NCBI GenBank assembly: GCA_963555995.3
Contig: OY821641.1
Location: 32,001-96,000 of the forward strand
Length of the DNA: 64,000 bases
Direction of reading: 5' to 3'
Source of the DNA: Vicinamibacteria bacterium
GTDB lineage: Bacteria; Acidobacteriota; Vicinamibacteria; Marinacidobacterales; Marinacidobacteraceae
Shown here: in pieces, positions 1-10,178 of the stretch
How the letters are laid out: each line of letters begins with the position of its first letter
Position numbering within the stretch: position 1 is the stretch's first letter
The notes under the pieces: generated by a model
Seen by the model: the letters and a program-made list of their open reading frames with translations, nothing else
Told to the model about the DNA's origin: nothing
Database searches by the model: none
Position numbers and translations under genes: made by a program

Positions 1-148
1 GCACGACCTGGGTTCCCGGAGCGGTTCCGTGCGTCAGATCCGTCAACAGCTCGCGGAAGAGCGCCTGTTCGCGCTCCCTCCCCCCGAGATAGGGGGGCGT
101 GGCTCCCGTTTCGGGGCGGAACGGCCCGCGAACACTGGGGACGCCCAT
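1..148 (-). CDS. N-terminus of AAA-type ATPase (runs off window; not in the ORF track)
   Basis: Manual translation from ATG 148: MGVPSVRGPFRPETGATPPYLGGREREQALFRELLTDLTHGTAPGTQVV. Matches the PFRP..PP.L.GR..E start of the ATPase at 3994..5130. TAGACT -10 lies 6 nt upstream. Confidence 0.75.
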   Translation of the reverse strand, partial: MGVPSVRGPFRPETGATPPYLGGREREQALFRELLTDLTHGTAPGTQVV

Positions 149-363
149 ATCGCCAGTCTAACCCTCCTCGATCATGCCGCGGTTCCGCCCGCTCCACGAG
201 TCGCCTGCTGTTGCGCGAAGGATCGGCCTCCGTATGTGAGTCAGCGAACGGCCCTCAACAGTCGCGCTTGCCGTACCGAGCGGTCGCCCGGAAATGGCCT
301 TGAATCGCTCCCCGTCCGCTCGACCCGAGCGGCCGCTCGCGGATCTGGGCCAGTCCGTCAAGG

Positions 364-393
364 TTGACAGAACCCTACGAGATTCAAGAGAAT
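364..393 (+). promoter_or_regulatory. Possible sigma70 promoter for TonB receptor 1
   Basis: TTGACA (364-369), 18-nt spacer, GAGAAT (388-393); the -10 is non-canonical. Confidence 0.35.
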
Positions 394-593
394 TGGCGGT
401 TCGGCTCCAATAAATCGAATATTGGGACGAAGTTTCTGGTTTCCGGCGCTCGCAGGCGCCGGGGCAATCATCCCATTTAGAACGACTTAGGCAGAGAGAA
501 ACCCCGGCCGCGGCTTCTGGTCCGACCGTTGCTCTCTCTGGCTGACATCTTTCTCCTTTCCATGCTCCCGACCCCACAGGAGGACCAAGCAGC

Positions 594-3524
594 ATGAGAA
601 AACTCATTCTCTTTACGCTGCTGGTGGCGTGGCCGAGTGCGGCCCTGTCCCAGCAGATCTACGGACGCCTCGAGGGCGCCGCGAACGACGCGCAGGGTCT
701 CGTCCTCCCCGGAGTGACGGTCACCCTCGAGTCCGAGGAACTCGTGGCGGCCCGGTCCGCAACGACCGACGTGGACGGTTCCTACCGGTTCGCGCAGCTC
801 GTCGCGGGCAGCTACAACATGACCTTCGAACTGGGCGGCTTCCAGACCGTCGTCTTCGAGGACATCACCGTGGTTGGTGGTTCGACCTTCGAGATCAACG
901 CCACGATGGACATCGCGACCGTCGCCGAGACCGTCACCGTGACCGGTGAGTCTCCGGTGGTGGACGTGAAGACCACCGGTGTGTCGGCGACCTTCGACAC
1001 CACCCAGCTCGAGGATGTCCCGTCGGCCACCGACATGTGGGCGGTCCTCCAGCAGAGCCCGGGCGTGCGGATGCGCGGCTACGACGTGGGCGGGTCCCAC
1101 AAGAGCCAGCAGTCCGGCTACGAGACGTTTGGGGTCCGGGGACAGAACCGGATCATCAACGACGGCGTGAACACCACCGAGGGGACCGGCGGCGCGGGGG
1201 GTTACTACGACTTCTACGCGATCGGCGAGTTCCAGGTGTCCGCGCAGGGCGCCGACGTGGAGTCGAACACGCCGGGCGCGACGGTGAACGCGGTGTGGAA
1301 GAGCGGCGGTAACGACTTCTCCGGGACCGAGCACTTCGCCTACGAGCCGCCGGACATGATCGCCGACAACCTGCCGTCCGAGCTCGCGAGCCGCGGCGGC
1401 ACGACGGCGCCGGTGATCGAGTTCTACGAGGCGCACATTGACCTCGGTGGCCCGATCGTGCGGGACAAGGCATGGTTCTACGCTGCCTACAACCGGTTCG
1501 TCATTGACCGGATCATCTCCGGACAGCCCGAGTCGGAAGGTACCGACCTCGGCGACTTCGACATGTTCACGGTGAAGGCGAACTGGCAGATCACCGATCG
1601 GGACCAGTTCATCACCTTCCACCACTGGTCGCTGAAGCAGAAGCCCTTCCGGGGCCTGTCGGCGGTCCGTCCGGCGGAATCCATCCTGGCGCAGGACTCG
1701 TGGTCCTGGCTGCACAAGGCCGAGTGGCAGCGGGTGTGGAGCGACCGTCTCTACAGCAACATCCAGGTGAACCACTTCGGTTTCGGCTGGCCGATGACGC
1801 CGGCCGTGGACCCGGCGACCAAGCCGGCGCGGATTGATCTCGGGACCGGCCAGTGGTCGGGCGCCGGCTGGCGGCCGTTCACGTTCAACCGGTGGAAGCC
1901 GCACACGACGGGTCAGTTCAACTACTACCTGCCGACGGAGAGCGGGAGCCACGACCTGAAGTTTGGCTGGGACTGGCAGATTGACGAGCGGCAGTTCGGC
2001 TGGAACGCCAACTCGGGCGCCGTCCGCTACCGGGACGACAGCACCAAGGATCCGCCGAGTCCGATGAACGTGGATCAGATCGAGTTCCACAGCTTCCCGA
2101 ACTTCAACTACGACCGGAACACCCACCTCGACCTGTACGCCCAGGATGTCTGGACAATCAGCGATCGTCTGACGGTCAACGCCGGTTTCCGTTTCGGGAG
2201 CCAGCGGATGGGCTACCTGGGTTCGAACAATGTTCCCGGTGGGCCGTGTGATGCCGCTCTTGGCTGTCTCCGCGAGATCGCCGATGTGGACGCGAACGTG
2301 CATGCGGCGCTGCCGCTGCTGTTCGGCCAGGGAGGCGAGGTCGCCGGCGAAGACAACCTCATCAGTTGGTGGAACATCGCCCCGCGCGTGGGTTTCACCT
2401 ATGACCTGACCGGCGAGGGCCGCTCGGTCCTGAAGGGCTACTTCGGCCGCTACTACCACAACATGAACACCGGGATTCCGGCCGCGAACCCGGGCGGCAA
2501 CAAGTCCGTCACCTACGAGTTCCTCGACCAGAACATGAACGGACTGTTCGATGGCGTGAGCGAGCTCGGCACCCGCCTTGGCGGGAGCACCGGCGCCGGA
2601 CTCGGCATCGAGCGCAGCGCTCCGGTCGGCGCGGACATTGATCAGGGCATCGTGCAGCCGTACGTTGACGAGATCAGCGCCTCGGCCGAACACCAGATCG
2701 GTTCCGACATCGGAGTCCGGTTCTCGTTCGTCCACAAGCGCCAGACCGGCGCTTGGGGCAACCTGAACATCGCGCGCATGGGCAACCTGACGAACACGAA
2801 GACGATCGCCTGTCCGGCATCGTGCGGACCGGGCGCGAACGACTTCGGCACGGACCCCGGCTACGGCGGCACAGGCCTGACGGTCAACGACCTTCCGGAT
2901 GGGGCTCCCCTGAGTGAGAACCTCTACACGAACGCGCCGGAGAACGAGACGAAGTTCAACTGGAACACGCTTTCGTTCGGCGTCAACCGCCGGTTCCGGA
3001 ACAACTTCTTCTGGAACGCCTACTTCGACTACCAGTGGCGGCACGAGGGCCGGACTCCGGGCCAGTCCACGAGCCCGCTCACCACGGATCCCGTCGGCGT
3101 CGGCTGGGGCCTCCAGTACGGCTCCATCCCGTTGATCCAGGACCTGAGCAACTGGCAGCTCAAGAGCGCCGGCCGTTACGTGATGCCGTATGACGTCGGC
3201 ACGGCGGCGACGCTGCGCGTCGTCAGCGGTTTCAACTGGGCGCCCATGGTTCGGGTCCCGGTGGGCAACGTCGGCAGCCAGACGATCTTCCTGGACAACA
3301 TGAACAACCGGCGGTCTGACAACGTCATCATCCTGGACTTCCGGGTTGACAAGGGCGTCAGCCTCGGCGACAGCGCGGAGATCGAGTTCATGCTCGACCT
3401 GTTCAACGCGCTGAACGGCGCCGCGGAGACGAACTTCTTCATGAGCGCCGGCGGCAACTACCTGAAGACCATCGAGTGGATTCAGGGCCGCACCATCGGC
3501 CTCAGCGCCCGTCTGACCTTCTAG
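594..3524 (+). CDS. TonB-dependent receptor, Oar-like with N-terminal carboxypeptidase-regulatory-like domain (paralog 1)
   Basis: AGGAGG SD; signal peptide; LPGVTVTL..TTDVDGSYRF..ETVTVTGESPVVD; beta-barrel C-terminus GRTIGLSARLTF. Confidence 0.92.
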   Translation: MRKLILFTLLVAWPSAALSQQIYGRLEGAANDAQGLVLPGVTVTLESEELVAARSATTDVDGSYRFAQLVAGSYNMTFELGGFQTVVFEDITVVGGSTFEINATMDIATVAETVTVTGESPVVDVKTTGVSATFDTTQLEDVPSATDMWAVLQQSPGVRMRGYDVGGSHKSQQSGYETFGVRGQNRIINDGVNTTEGTGGAGGYYDFYAIGEFQVSAQGADVESNTPGATVNAVWKSGGNDFSGTEHFAYEPPDMIADNLPSELASRGGTTAPVIEFYEAHIDLGGPIVRDKAWFYAAYNRFVIDRIISGQPESEGTDLGDFDMFTVKANWQITDRDQFITFHHWSLKQKPFRGLSAVRPAESILAQDSWSWLHKAEWQRVWSDRLYSNIQVNHFGFGWPMTPAVDPATKPARIDLGTGQWSGAGWRPFTFNRWKPHTTGQFNYYLPTESGSHDLKFGWDWQIDERQFGWNANSGAVRYRDDSTKDPPSPMNVDQIEFHSFPNFNYDRNTHLDLYAQDVWTISDRLTVNAGFRFGSQRMGYLGSNNVPGGPCDAALGCLREIADVDANVHAALPLLFGQGGEVAGEDNLISWWNIAPRVGFTYDLTGEGRSVLKGYFGRYYHNMNTGIPAANPGGNKSVTYEFLDQNMNGLFDGVSELGTRLGGSTGAGLGIERSAPVGADIDQGIVQPYVDEISASAEHQIGSDIGVRFSFVHKRQTGAWGNLNIARMGNLTNTKTIACPASCGPGANDFGTDPGYGGTGLTVNDLPDGAPLSENLYTNAPENETKFNWNTLSFGVNRRFRNNFFWNAYFDYQWRHEGRTPGQSTSPLTTDPVGVGWGLQYGSIPLIQDLSNWQLKSAGRYVMPYDVGTAATLRVVSGFNWAPMVRVPVGNVGSQTIFLDNMNNRRSDNVIILDFRVDKGVSLGDSAEIEFMLDLFNALNGAAETNFFMSAGGNYLKTIEWIQGRTIGLSARLTF

Positions 3525-3549
3525 GGATTCCCTAGCTCAAGCACCTTCC

Positions 3550-3588
3550 AGGCCCGCCGCCCTCCGGGGCGGCGGGCCTTTCGCTTTC
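3550..3588 (+). terminator. Rho-independent terminator
   Basis: AGGCCCGCCGCCC-TCC-GGGGCGGCGGGCCT stem followed by TTCGCTTT, just after the stop codon. Confidence 0.75.
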
Positions 3589-3647
3589 CGGGGCCGGCCT
3601 TCGGTCGGCAGCGCGGCCAGCTCCTCCGCCGTGTAGCACGCACGGGC

Positions 3648-3891
3648 TGGGAGCGCCGGCTTCAGCCGGCACCCGCTGCGCGGAGCGCAGCGGACGGAGC
3701 GACGCTGGCGCGCCCGACGGCGTTCGGCTGTTTGTCCATCAGCGCGCACCGCCGCACGACATCCGCGAGCCTTCGGCTCGCTGTGCCGGCTGAAGCCGGC
3801 GTTCCAAGCCGTACGCGCCGTCGGTGCCGGACAACGGTGTGCGGTTGCGCGGCCCTGCGGGCCACTGTGCCGGCTGAAGCCGGCGTTCCAA
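3648..3891. repeat. REPIN-like element (inverted REP pair plus a third REP)
   Basis: TGGGAGCGCCGGCTTCAGCCGGCAC at 3648; inverted GTGCCGGCTGAAGCCGGCGTTCCAA ending at 3807 and again at 3891. Confidence 0.85.
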
Positions 3892-3993
3892 TCCGTACGT
3901 CCCGATGGGCCAACGTCAGCCGAATGGCGGCCGAAGACGGGGCTTACGACCGTTCGTTGCGTCCCGCCCGGCGCTGAGGGACGCGCGGGCGGA

Positions 3994-5130
3994 TCAGCTT
4001 CGCGGTTGCCGGGGGGCCTGCCGCTTGAGGACGTAGCGGCCGAAGCTCGGGATGCCGAGTTCCCACCGGTCGTCTGCCGTTTCCCAGATCACTCCGAGAT
4101 CGCTGAGCTTTTCGAGCAGCGCGATCCGGTCCGGTCCATCGGGGCTCTCGGCGGCGACCTTGTGCAACACGGAACGGAGCGCCTCGTAGCCGACGTGCCC
4201 GCCATTCCCGGTCACGAGCGCGACGACGGGACCCAGCGCGGCGTCCACCCGGTGTTTCACGGCTTCCATGTAGCGCCCGCCGTAGAACCGCGCGATCTTC
4301 TCCTGCGCTGCGGCGATGCCCTGCCGTGCTTCCCGTTCCGAGATTGAGGCGACCCCCTGGCGTTCGGCGGCGTCCCACGCGGCGCTTCCGAGCAGTTGAA
4401 TGAAGTATGGGTAGTCTTGGGTTTCCTCCGCGACGAGGTGGACCACACCTTCCGTGAGGGGTCGTCCCGAATCCTCCGCCGGCTCGGCGAGCGCGGCGAC
4501 GGTGGCGGCCCGGTCCAGCCGTCCGATGCGGAGCTGCTCGAAACCGCGTTCGTTATGGGTTCCCATTTCGCGGAGGCGAGACGGGGCATCGGGGGTCCCT
4601 GCCGCCACCAGCAGGAACGGCAGTTCATCGCGCTTCGCCGCCTGCGCCGCATTGAGGAATGAGGTGCCGACCGCTGGGTGCACCGCGTGGAACTCATCGG
4701 CGAGGATGACAAGAGGCGCCGCTTCCCGGCCGATCCATGCGAAGAACAGCTTCCTGATGTCCTCCTCCCGCGGTCCCGGTTCGCTCGTGACCCCGAACGG
4801 CCCCAGACTCGCTCCCGTGACGCGGGCGCCACTCCTGCCGGCGCATTGCCGCATAAGGCGGACGAGTCCGGGCCGGTCTTCCATTTCCGAGAGCGGGAAG
4901 TCCTCGACGCGCATGCCGTGCTCACGCGCGATGGCCGCGATGCGGGCCAGCAGGACCGTCTTGCCGTTGCCGCGCGGCCCGAAGAACAACAGGTCCTGCG
5001 GGGGTGGCCGACCGCCGTCGAGATCATTGATCAGCCGGTTCGCGACGCGCAGTTCCGTGTCGCGCCCGGCGAGTCGGGGCGGCATCGTGCCCCGTCCCGG
5101 TCGGAACGGGTTCCTCGCGCGATCCGTCAC
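3994..5130 (-). CDS. AAA-type P-loop ATPase (AAA_16-like)
   Basis: NPFRPG..PPRLAGR; Walker A GPRGNGKT; Walker B VILADE; DYPYFIQ; C-terminal IPSF. Confidence 0.85.
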   Translation of the reverse strand: MTDRARNPFRPGRGTMPPRLAGRDTELRVANRLINDLDGGRPPPQDLLFFGPRGNGKTVLLARIAAIAREHGMRVEDFPLSEMEDRPGLVRLMRQCAGRSGARVTGASLGPFGVTSEPGPREEDIRKLFFAWIGREAAPLVILADEFHAVHPAVGTSFLNAAQAAKRDELPFLLVAAGTPDAPSRLREMGTHNERGFEQLRIGRLDRAATVAALAEPAEDSGRPLTEGVVHLVAEETQDYPYFIQLLGSAAWDAAERQGVASISEREARQGIAAAQEKIARFYGGRYMEAVKHRVDAALGPVVALVTGNGGHVGYEALRSVLHKVAAESPDGPDRIALLEKLSDLGVIWETADDRWELGIPSFGRYVLKRQAPRQPRS

Positions 5131-5264
5131 GGAACCACTCTACCGCGTTCGCGCGATCCCGACCTACGCCCGATGCCACGCCAAAGATGCCCGCCCCCAC
5201 CGGGAGACGTCCGTTCGTCGGGGGTTCCCGATTCCACTGGGCGGCGGTGCGATACTCGGCGGCG

Positions 5265-5686
5265 ATGCGCTTCTTCAACCGCATGGGGCCGGTGGATGCT
5301 GACCAGCACTACGTCATCCCGCCGCTTTCCCGGGTGGACCTCGATGAGATCCTGACGCTCATCCGGCAGCGGGCCTACCTCGTGCTGCACGCGCCGCGGC
5401 AGACGGGGAAGACCTCCATCCTGCTGGCGCTCCGCGACCTCTTGAACTCGGGCTCCGAGGGGGACTATCGGTGCGTCCATGCGAGCCTCGAGGCCGGACG
5501 AACCGCGAACGGGGACGTGGAGCGGGCCATGCGCAGCGTCCTCGGCGAGATCGGTGCGCGGGCTAAGGACACGCTCGACGACGACTCGGTGGGACGCTCG
5601 TGGCAGGAGACCCTGGCCTTCTCGGGTCCCGACCGCGCGTTGCGGGCGGTCCTGGGCCGGTGGGCGGCGGCGGACCCGCGCCCGCC
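5265..5686 (+). pseudogene. Truncated AAA-like ATPase
   Basis: MRFFNRMGPV start and Walker A HAPRQTGKTS. Plausible sequence stops at WAAADPRP, just before the expected Walker B, and the frame continues antisense into the next gene. Confidence 0.7.
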
Positions 5687-5717
5687 GGGGATTGGGCAGG
5701 CCTTCTATCCAGGCCCG

Positions 5718-6899
5718 TCAGACCCAGTCGTCCAGGATGTCGGACGCGCCGATGGGTTTGGCGCGCACGTCACCTGGACCGAGAGGGTATTCGTTGGGCG
5801 TGCGGCAGAACAGCGTCATCGCCCGGACCGCCCCGGCAGGCAACTGTGCGGCGACCCGGCGGAGCGCCGCGGCATCGCGCGCCGCGGGATGCTCGCTCCA
5901 TTTCGCGTCCGCCAGCCGGAAGCTTCCCCCGCGGTGGAGAAGGAAGTCGGCTTCGCGGCTGCGGTCGCGATAGAAATGGAAGTCCCAGCCTCCTCGACGA
6001 TTCGCCTGGGTGCGGCGTAGTTCGGCGCAGACCAGCGTCTCCCAGAGCGGTCCGGCGAGCGGCGATTCGTCGAGGTCGGCGGGCGCATGGATGCCGCACA
6101 GGAAGGCGGCCAGCCCGGCGTCCCGCAGGTACAGCTTGGGTTGTTTGACCAGCGTCTTCGTCCGGTTGGAGAACCACGGTTCCAGCAGCACGATCTGGTG
6201 CGACGCCTCGAGCGCCGACAGCCACGCGGCGGCGGTGGAGCCGCTGATGCCGATGTCCCGCGCGAGATCGGCGCGGTTGAGAAGGCCGCCCGAACGCAGT
6301 GCGGCCGCGCGCAGGAAGCGTTCGTGGTCCCGCAGGTTCGCCACCCGGAGGAACTGGCGCAGGTCCCGTTCCAGATAGGTCAGCACGAGGGACCGGTGGA
6401 ACTCGCGGGCCTCGATGCGCAGGTTCTGGTACAGCTCCGGGAACCCCCCGCGCACCAGGAACTCCTCGACCGTGAGCCCCGGATGGGCCGCCCGCGCCTC
6501 GGCGAAGGAGAGCGGCTCCAGTTCGACGACGCTGGCGCGCCCGGCGAGCGAGTCCGAGACCGACCGCATCAGCGCGAGCGGCTGCGAGCCGGTGAGGAGG
6601 AATGCCCCGGGACGCCCGCGATCGCGATCCACCGCCACCTTGAGATACCGGAAGAGACCTGGGGCGTACTGCACCTCGTCCAGGATCACCGGCGGCGGAT
6701 AGCGCCGGAGAAAGGAGGCGGGGTCGCGTTCGGCCTGCTCCGCTTCGCTCGGCAGATCCAGGGTGACGAAGGCGTGATTCGGGAAGAGCCGCCGCATCAG
6801 ACTGGTCTTCCCGGTCTGCCGCGCGCCGGTCAGCACGACCACAGGCCGGGTGGCGGCACGCTCGACAAGCAGCGCCTCGATGTCTCGATGAACCCACAT
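5718..6899 (-). CDS. ATP-binding protein, AAA_14 + DUF4143
   Basis: GARQTGKT; ILDEVQ; LLTGS; SLAGR; GGFPE; KLYLRDAGL; C-terminal E.DF..AK nuclease-like motif. Confidence 0.9.
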   Translation of the reverse strand: MWVHRDIEALLVERAATRPVVVLTGARQTGKTSLMRRLFPNHAFVTLDLPSEAEQAERDPASFLRRYPPPVILDEVQYAPGLFRYLKVAVDRDRGRPGAFLLTGSQPLALMRSVSDSLAGRASVVELEPLSFAEARAAHPGLTVEEFLVRGGFPELYQNLRIEAREFHRSLVLTYLERDLRQFLRVANLRDHERFLRAAALRSGGLLNRADLARDIGISGSTAAAWLSALEASHQIVLLEPWFSNRTKTLVKQPKLYLRDAGLAAFLCGIHAPADLDESPLAGPLWETLVCAELRRTQANRRGGWDFHFYRDRSREADFLLHRGGSFRLADAKWSEHPAARDAAALRRVAAQLPAGAVRAMTLFCRTPNEYPLGPGDVRAKPIGASDILDDWV

Positions 6900-7009
6900 C
6901 GTGCAAATTCTACGATGTAATCGAATGATTTGCCCTTTCTAAACGCACGATTCTCCAACAGAAGCGTCCGGGCGAGCGCCGTTGGGCCTTCCGCACGAGG
7001 GAAGGTTCT

Positions 7010-7255
7010 CTAGATCTCGACCTCGTGATCTGCAAGCGCATCCAGGTCGGCTCGAAACCGCTCGGCATCAATTCGTGGTGCGGTCGTCGCCGCGGCCTTG
7101 ATCACGCCCCGGGGTACGAACTGGCGAGCCGCCACGGGCCTCAGTTCCGCGACGGGCGTCCCTTTGCAAATCACGGTCAGATGCTCACCCGCCTCCACTT
7201 GACGCAGGATTGCCACGAGATCGTTGCGAAGCTGACCTTCGGTAACGGTATGCAT
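7010..7255 (-). CDS. Phd/YefM-family antitoxin (no adjacent toxin)
   Basis: MHTVTEGQLRNDLVAILRQVEAGEHLTVICKGTPVAELRP fits the prevent-host-death pattern. Confidence 0.75.
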   Translation of the reverse strand: MHTVTEGQLRNDLVAILRQVEAGEHLTVICKGTPVAELRPVAARQFVPRGVIKAAATTAPRIDAERFRADLDALADHEVEI

Positions 7256-7297
7256 CGCTGGCTGGGATGACCCTCGGGCCACCCGATCGGGGAGGAA

Positions 7298-8416
7298 TTA
7301 CTCCGGGGCGCGCTCGTACTTGGTGAGCCCGCCGCCCGCGGTCGGACGTGAGGCCGGCCCCTCGGCGACGAACACGTTGCCGTCCTCGTCCACCGCGACG
7401 CCCTCGCCGGCGACTCCCTGGAGCACTCGCCCCTCGGCCGGGTAGTGCGGCGGGATGAAGGCCGTCACCTTGTCCTCGCTGGCGTGGCCGATCCGGACCC
7501 CGTTCAGCCAGCCGTAGTGGTTGGTCTCGGTGGACTCGGAATCAATCGCGTAGAGCATGTCGTCGTCGGTGATGAAGAGTCCGCTGATCCGGCTGAACTG
7601 GTAGTAGGTGTCCAGCAGGTTCCCGTCCTGGTCGAAGATCTGGATGCGGTGGTTGCCCCGGTCGGCCACGAACAGCCGGCCCTGGGAATCGAACTCCAGC
7701 CCGTGCGGGGTGCGGAACTGGCCGGGGCGGAAGCCGATGACGCCCCACTCCTTGATGAAGTTGCCTTCGGAGTCGTACTTGAGGATGCGCCCGGTGCGCC
7801 CTTCGGGCGGATCCGGGCTCTGGCCGCTGTGGCCGTCGGAGACGAAGATGTCGCCGTTCGGCGCGGTGATGACGTCGCACGGCTCGTGGAGCTGGCCGGG
7901 GCCGGCGCCCGGCTGCCCCGCGATCCCGAGGCGCATCAACTCTTCGCCCTCGGGAGTGAACTTGATGACCTGGTGCCCCTTCGTCCTGGCCTCGTTGCCC
8001 TGGGAATCGGTCACCCAGACGTTGCCGTCATCGTCCACATGCAGCCCGTGCGGGAGCACGAAGAGCCCGGCGCCGAACTCCGCGAGGAGTTCGCCCGTGT
8101 GCCGGTCGTACTTCAGGATCGGGTTGATGTGGGGGTTTTCCTCGCAGCCCCCGGCCAGGGCGTTCGCGCCGCAGCGGTCGTAAACCCAGACATGGCCGTC
8201 CGGGTCGATGTCCACGCCGGCCGTGGAACCCCAGGTCCGCCCGTCCGGGAGGTCGGCCCACTGGGTGATGACCACGGGATTCGGGTTCGGCAGGTTCCGC
8301 TGCACCAGATCGGGGCTTCCGGCCGGTTCCTCCGTCTCGACCGGCGTCTCCCCGGCGCAGCCGGCGAGCGTGAACGCCACCATGGTCGCCAGCAGCAGGA
8401 TCTTCACATCGCGCAT
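7298..8416 (-). CDS. NHL-repeat lipoprotein, peptidyl-alpha-hydroxyglycine alpha-amidating lyase-like
   Basis: Lipobox LAGC; NHL repeats PHGLHVDDDGNVWVTD, GDIFVSDG, PHGLEFD..LFVADRGNHRIQIFD; GAGGAG SD. Confidence 0.85.
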   Translation of the reverse strand: MRDVKILLLATMVAFTLAGCAGETPVETEEPAGSPDLVQRNLPNPNPVVITQWADLPDGRTWGSTAGVDIDPDGHVWVYDRCGANALAGGCEENPHINPILKYDRHTGELLAEFGAGLFVLPHGLHVDDDGNVWVTDSQGNEARTKGHQVIKFTPEGEELMRLGIAGQPGAGPGQLHEPCDVITAPNGDIFVSDGHSGQSPDPPEGRTGRILKYDSEGNFIKEWGVIGFRPGQFRTPHGLEFDSQGRLFVADRGNHRIQIFDQDGNLLDTYYQFSRISGLFITDDDMLYAIDSESTETNHYGWLNGVRIGHASEDKVTAFIPPHYPAEGRVLQGVAGEGVAVDEDGNVFVAEGPASRPTAGGGLTKYERAPE

Positions 8417-8507
8417 CGTGTCGCTCCTCGGGGCAGAAGTTGCCGCTCCGGCCGGGGAGTGTATCCGCCGCCATGGGCCTCACCGGTCGGATACGGTACG
8501 GACTCCG

Positions 8508-9902
8508 ATGACACCCGAACAGATCTCCCGGTGGGCCGCTGCCGGCGAGTCCGAGACGCAGGAGTTCAAGGAGACCACCGGACAACGACGGGAAGCCGCG
8601 AAGGCCGTGTGCGCCATGCTGAACCACCGTGGAGGACGGGTGATTTTCGGAGTGAGGCCGAACCGGGTGGTGACGGGTCAGGTCGTCGGCGCCGACACCC
8701 TGGAGGACATCGCCCAGGAGTTACAGCGGGTGGACCCGCCGGCATTCCCGAGCGTGGATCGAGTGGACCTCGGAAGCGGTCGGGCGGTCATCGTGGTGAC
8801 CGTTTCGACCGGGGCGGGCCGTCCTTACAGCTACCAGGGGCAGGCGTATCGGCGCGTGGGTGCGACGAACCTTCGCCTGTCGCGCGAGGAGTACAACGGG
8901 ATGCTCCTTGAACGGGTGCATGCCGATCGGCGATGGGAGAACGAGGAGGCCTCCGGGTGGACCGTGGCCGACCTTGATCACGACCAGATCCTCGAAACCG
9001 TAGCCGAGGCCGTGCGTCGTGGCCGGCTCGCCGAGCCCGGCACACGGGAGCCGGAACCGCTGCTCCGGGGACTCCATCTCCTGCGCGGAAATCGGCTGCT
9101 GCGCGCGGCCGTGGTGCTGTTCGGACGGAGCGAGGAGATGGCGGCAACCCATCCCCAGTGCCTGCTCCGCGTAGCGAGGTTCCGGGGGACTTCCCGGACG
9201 GAATTCCTCGACAGCCGGCAGTTTCACGGAAACGCTTTCGATCTGCTGCGGAAGGGGCAGCGTTTTCTCGTGGAAAGCCTGCCGATCGCGGGCCGGGTGC
9301 TGCCCGGCCTGTTCGAGCGGGTGGATGACCCGCTCTACCCCCCCGAAGCGCTCCGTGAAGCCCTTGCGAACGCGATCTGCCACCGGGACTACTCGATGGG
9401 GGGTGGCTCCATCGGAATCGGGATCTACGACGACCGGCTCGAAGTCACGTCAACGGGTTCGCTCCACTTCGGCCTGACGCCGGAAATGCTCTTCAAGCCT
9501 CATGAGTCGCGTCCCTGGAATCCCCTCATCGCGGGGGTGTTCTACCGGCGCGGCGTCATCGAGAGCTGGGGCCGAGGGACGCTCAAGATGGCGGAACTTG
9601 CCGAGCGGGCCGGGCTTCCCCGCCCGGAAATCGAGGACTCCGGCGGCGCCGTGACCGTGCGCTTCCGGCCGGGCCGGTATGTGCCGCCTCAGCGGGTCGG
9701 CCTCGATCTGACCGAGCGTCAACGCGCCATTTTGGCGATTCTCGGCGAGACGCCGGCCGGAGCTGCGCTTCGTGACATCCTGCCCCGGCTCGTGAACGGC
9801 GCGACGGCCCGCCAGGTTCGGGAGGATCTGCAGGCCCTGCGTACGCTCGAACTGGCGGGCCCCACGGGCCGGGGACGAGGAGCCCGGTGGCGCCGGTCGT
9901 AG
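8508..9902 (+). CDS. Schlafen/AlbA_2 domain + RecG-C-like (HATPase_c_4) + HTH protein
   Basis: GESETQEFKE, VCAMLNHRGGRVIFGV, ALREALANAICHRDY, NPLIAGVF..IESWGRG; true start taken as ATG 8508. Confidence 0.88.
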   Translation: MTPEQISRWAAAGESETQEFKETTGQRREAAKAVCAMLNHRGGRVIFGVRPNRVVTGQVVGADTLEDIAQELQRVDPPAFPSVDRVDLGSGRAVIVVTVSTGAGRPYSYQGQAYRRVGATNLRLSREEYNGMLLERVHADRRWENEEASGWTVADLDHDQILETVAEAVRRGRLAEPGTREPEPLLRGLHLLRGNRLLRAAVVLFGRSEEMAATHPQCLLRVARFRGTSRTEFLDSRQFHGNAFDLLRKGQRFLVESLPIAGRVLPGLFERVDDPLYPPEALREALANAICHRDYSMGGGSIGIGIYDDRLEVTSTGSLHFGLTPEMLFKPHESRPWNPLIAGVFYRRGVIESWGRGTLKMAELAERAGLPRPEIEDSGGAVTVRFRPGRYVPPQRVGLDLTERQRAILAILGETPAGAALRDILPRLVNGATARQVREDLQALRTLELAGPTGRGRGARWRRS

Positions 9903-9936
9903 CGGGCCGAGTGCTGCGGGAGTCACGACGGACCTC

Positions 9937-10140
9937 CGCTCGGGCCAATTCATGGCCCATTCGGGCCAATTCGCGGCTCATTCCATGTGTTGCCCCACGT
10001 AAGTCATTGATTACAGGTTCTTTGAATCGCTCGGGCCAATTCATGGCCCATTCGGGCCAATTCGCGGCTCATTCCACGTGTTGCCCCGCGTAAGTCATTG
10101 ATTACAGGTTCTTTGAATCGCTCGCGCCAATTCGTGGCCC
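9937..10140. repeat. 91-bp direct tandem repeat (about 2.25 copies) with IHF-consensus sites
   Basis: Units start at 9937, 10028 and 10119; each full unit contains TAAGTCATTGATT and two GGGCCAATTC. Confidence 0.9.
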
Positions 10141-10178
10141 TCTTCACGCCGGACTCGTCGGCGGTATCATTACCGGAA

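Noticed and set aside
3537-3977. Small ORFs containing CRLKPA / VPAEAGVP peptides (also near 22.0, 26.5, 55.3 and 61.3 kb)
   Set aside because: They are translations of the REPIN palindromes, not independent genes.
9937-10140. CRISPR array
   Set aside because: Units are contiguous and near-identical, with no unique spacers; no cas genes.
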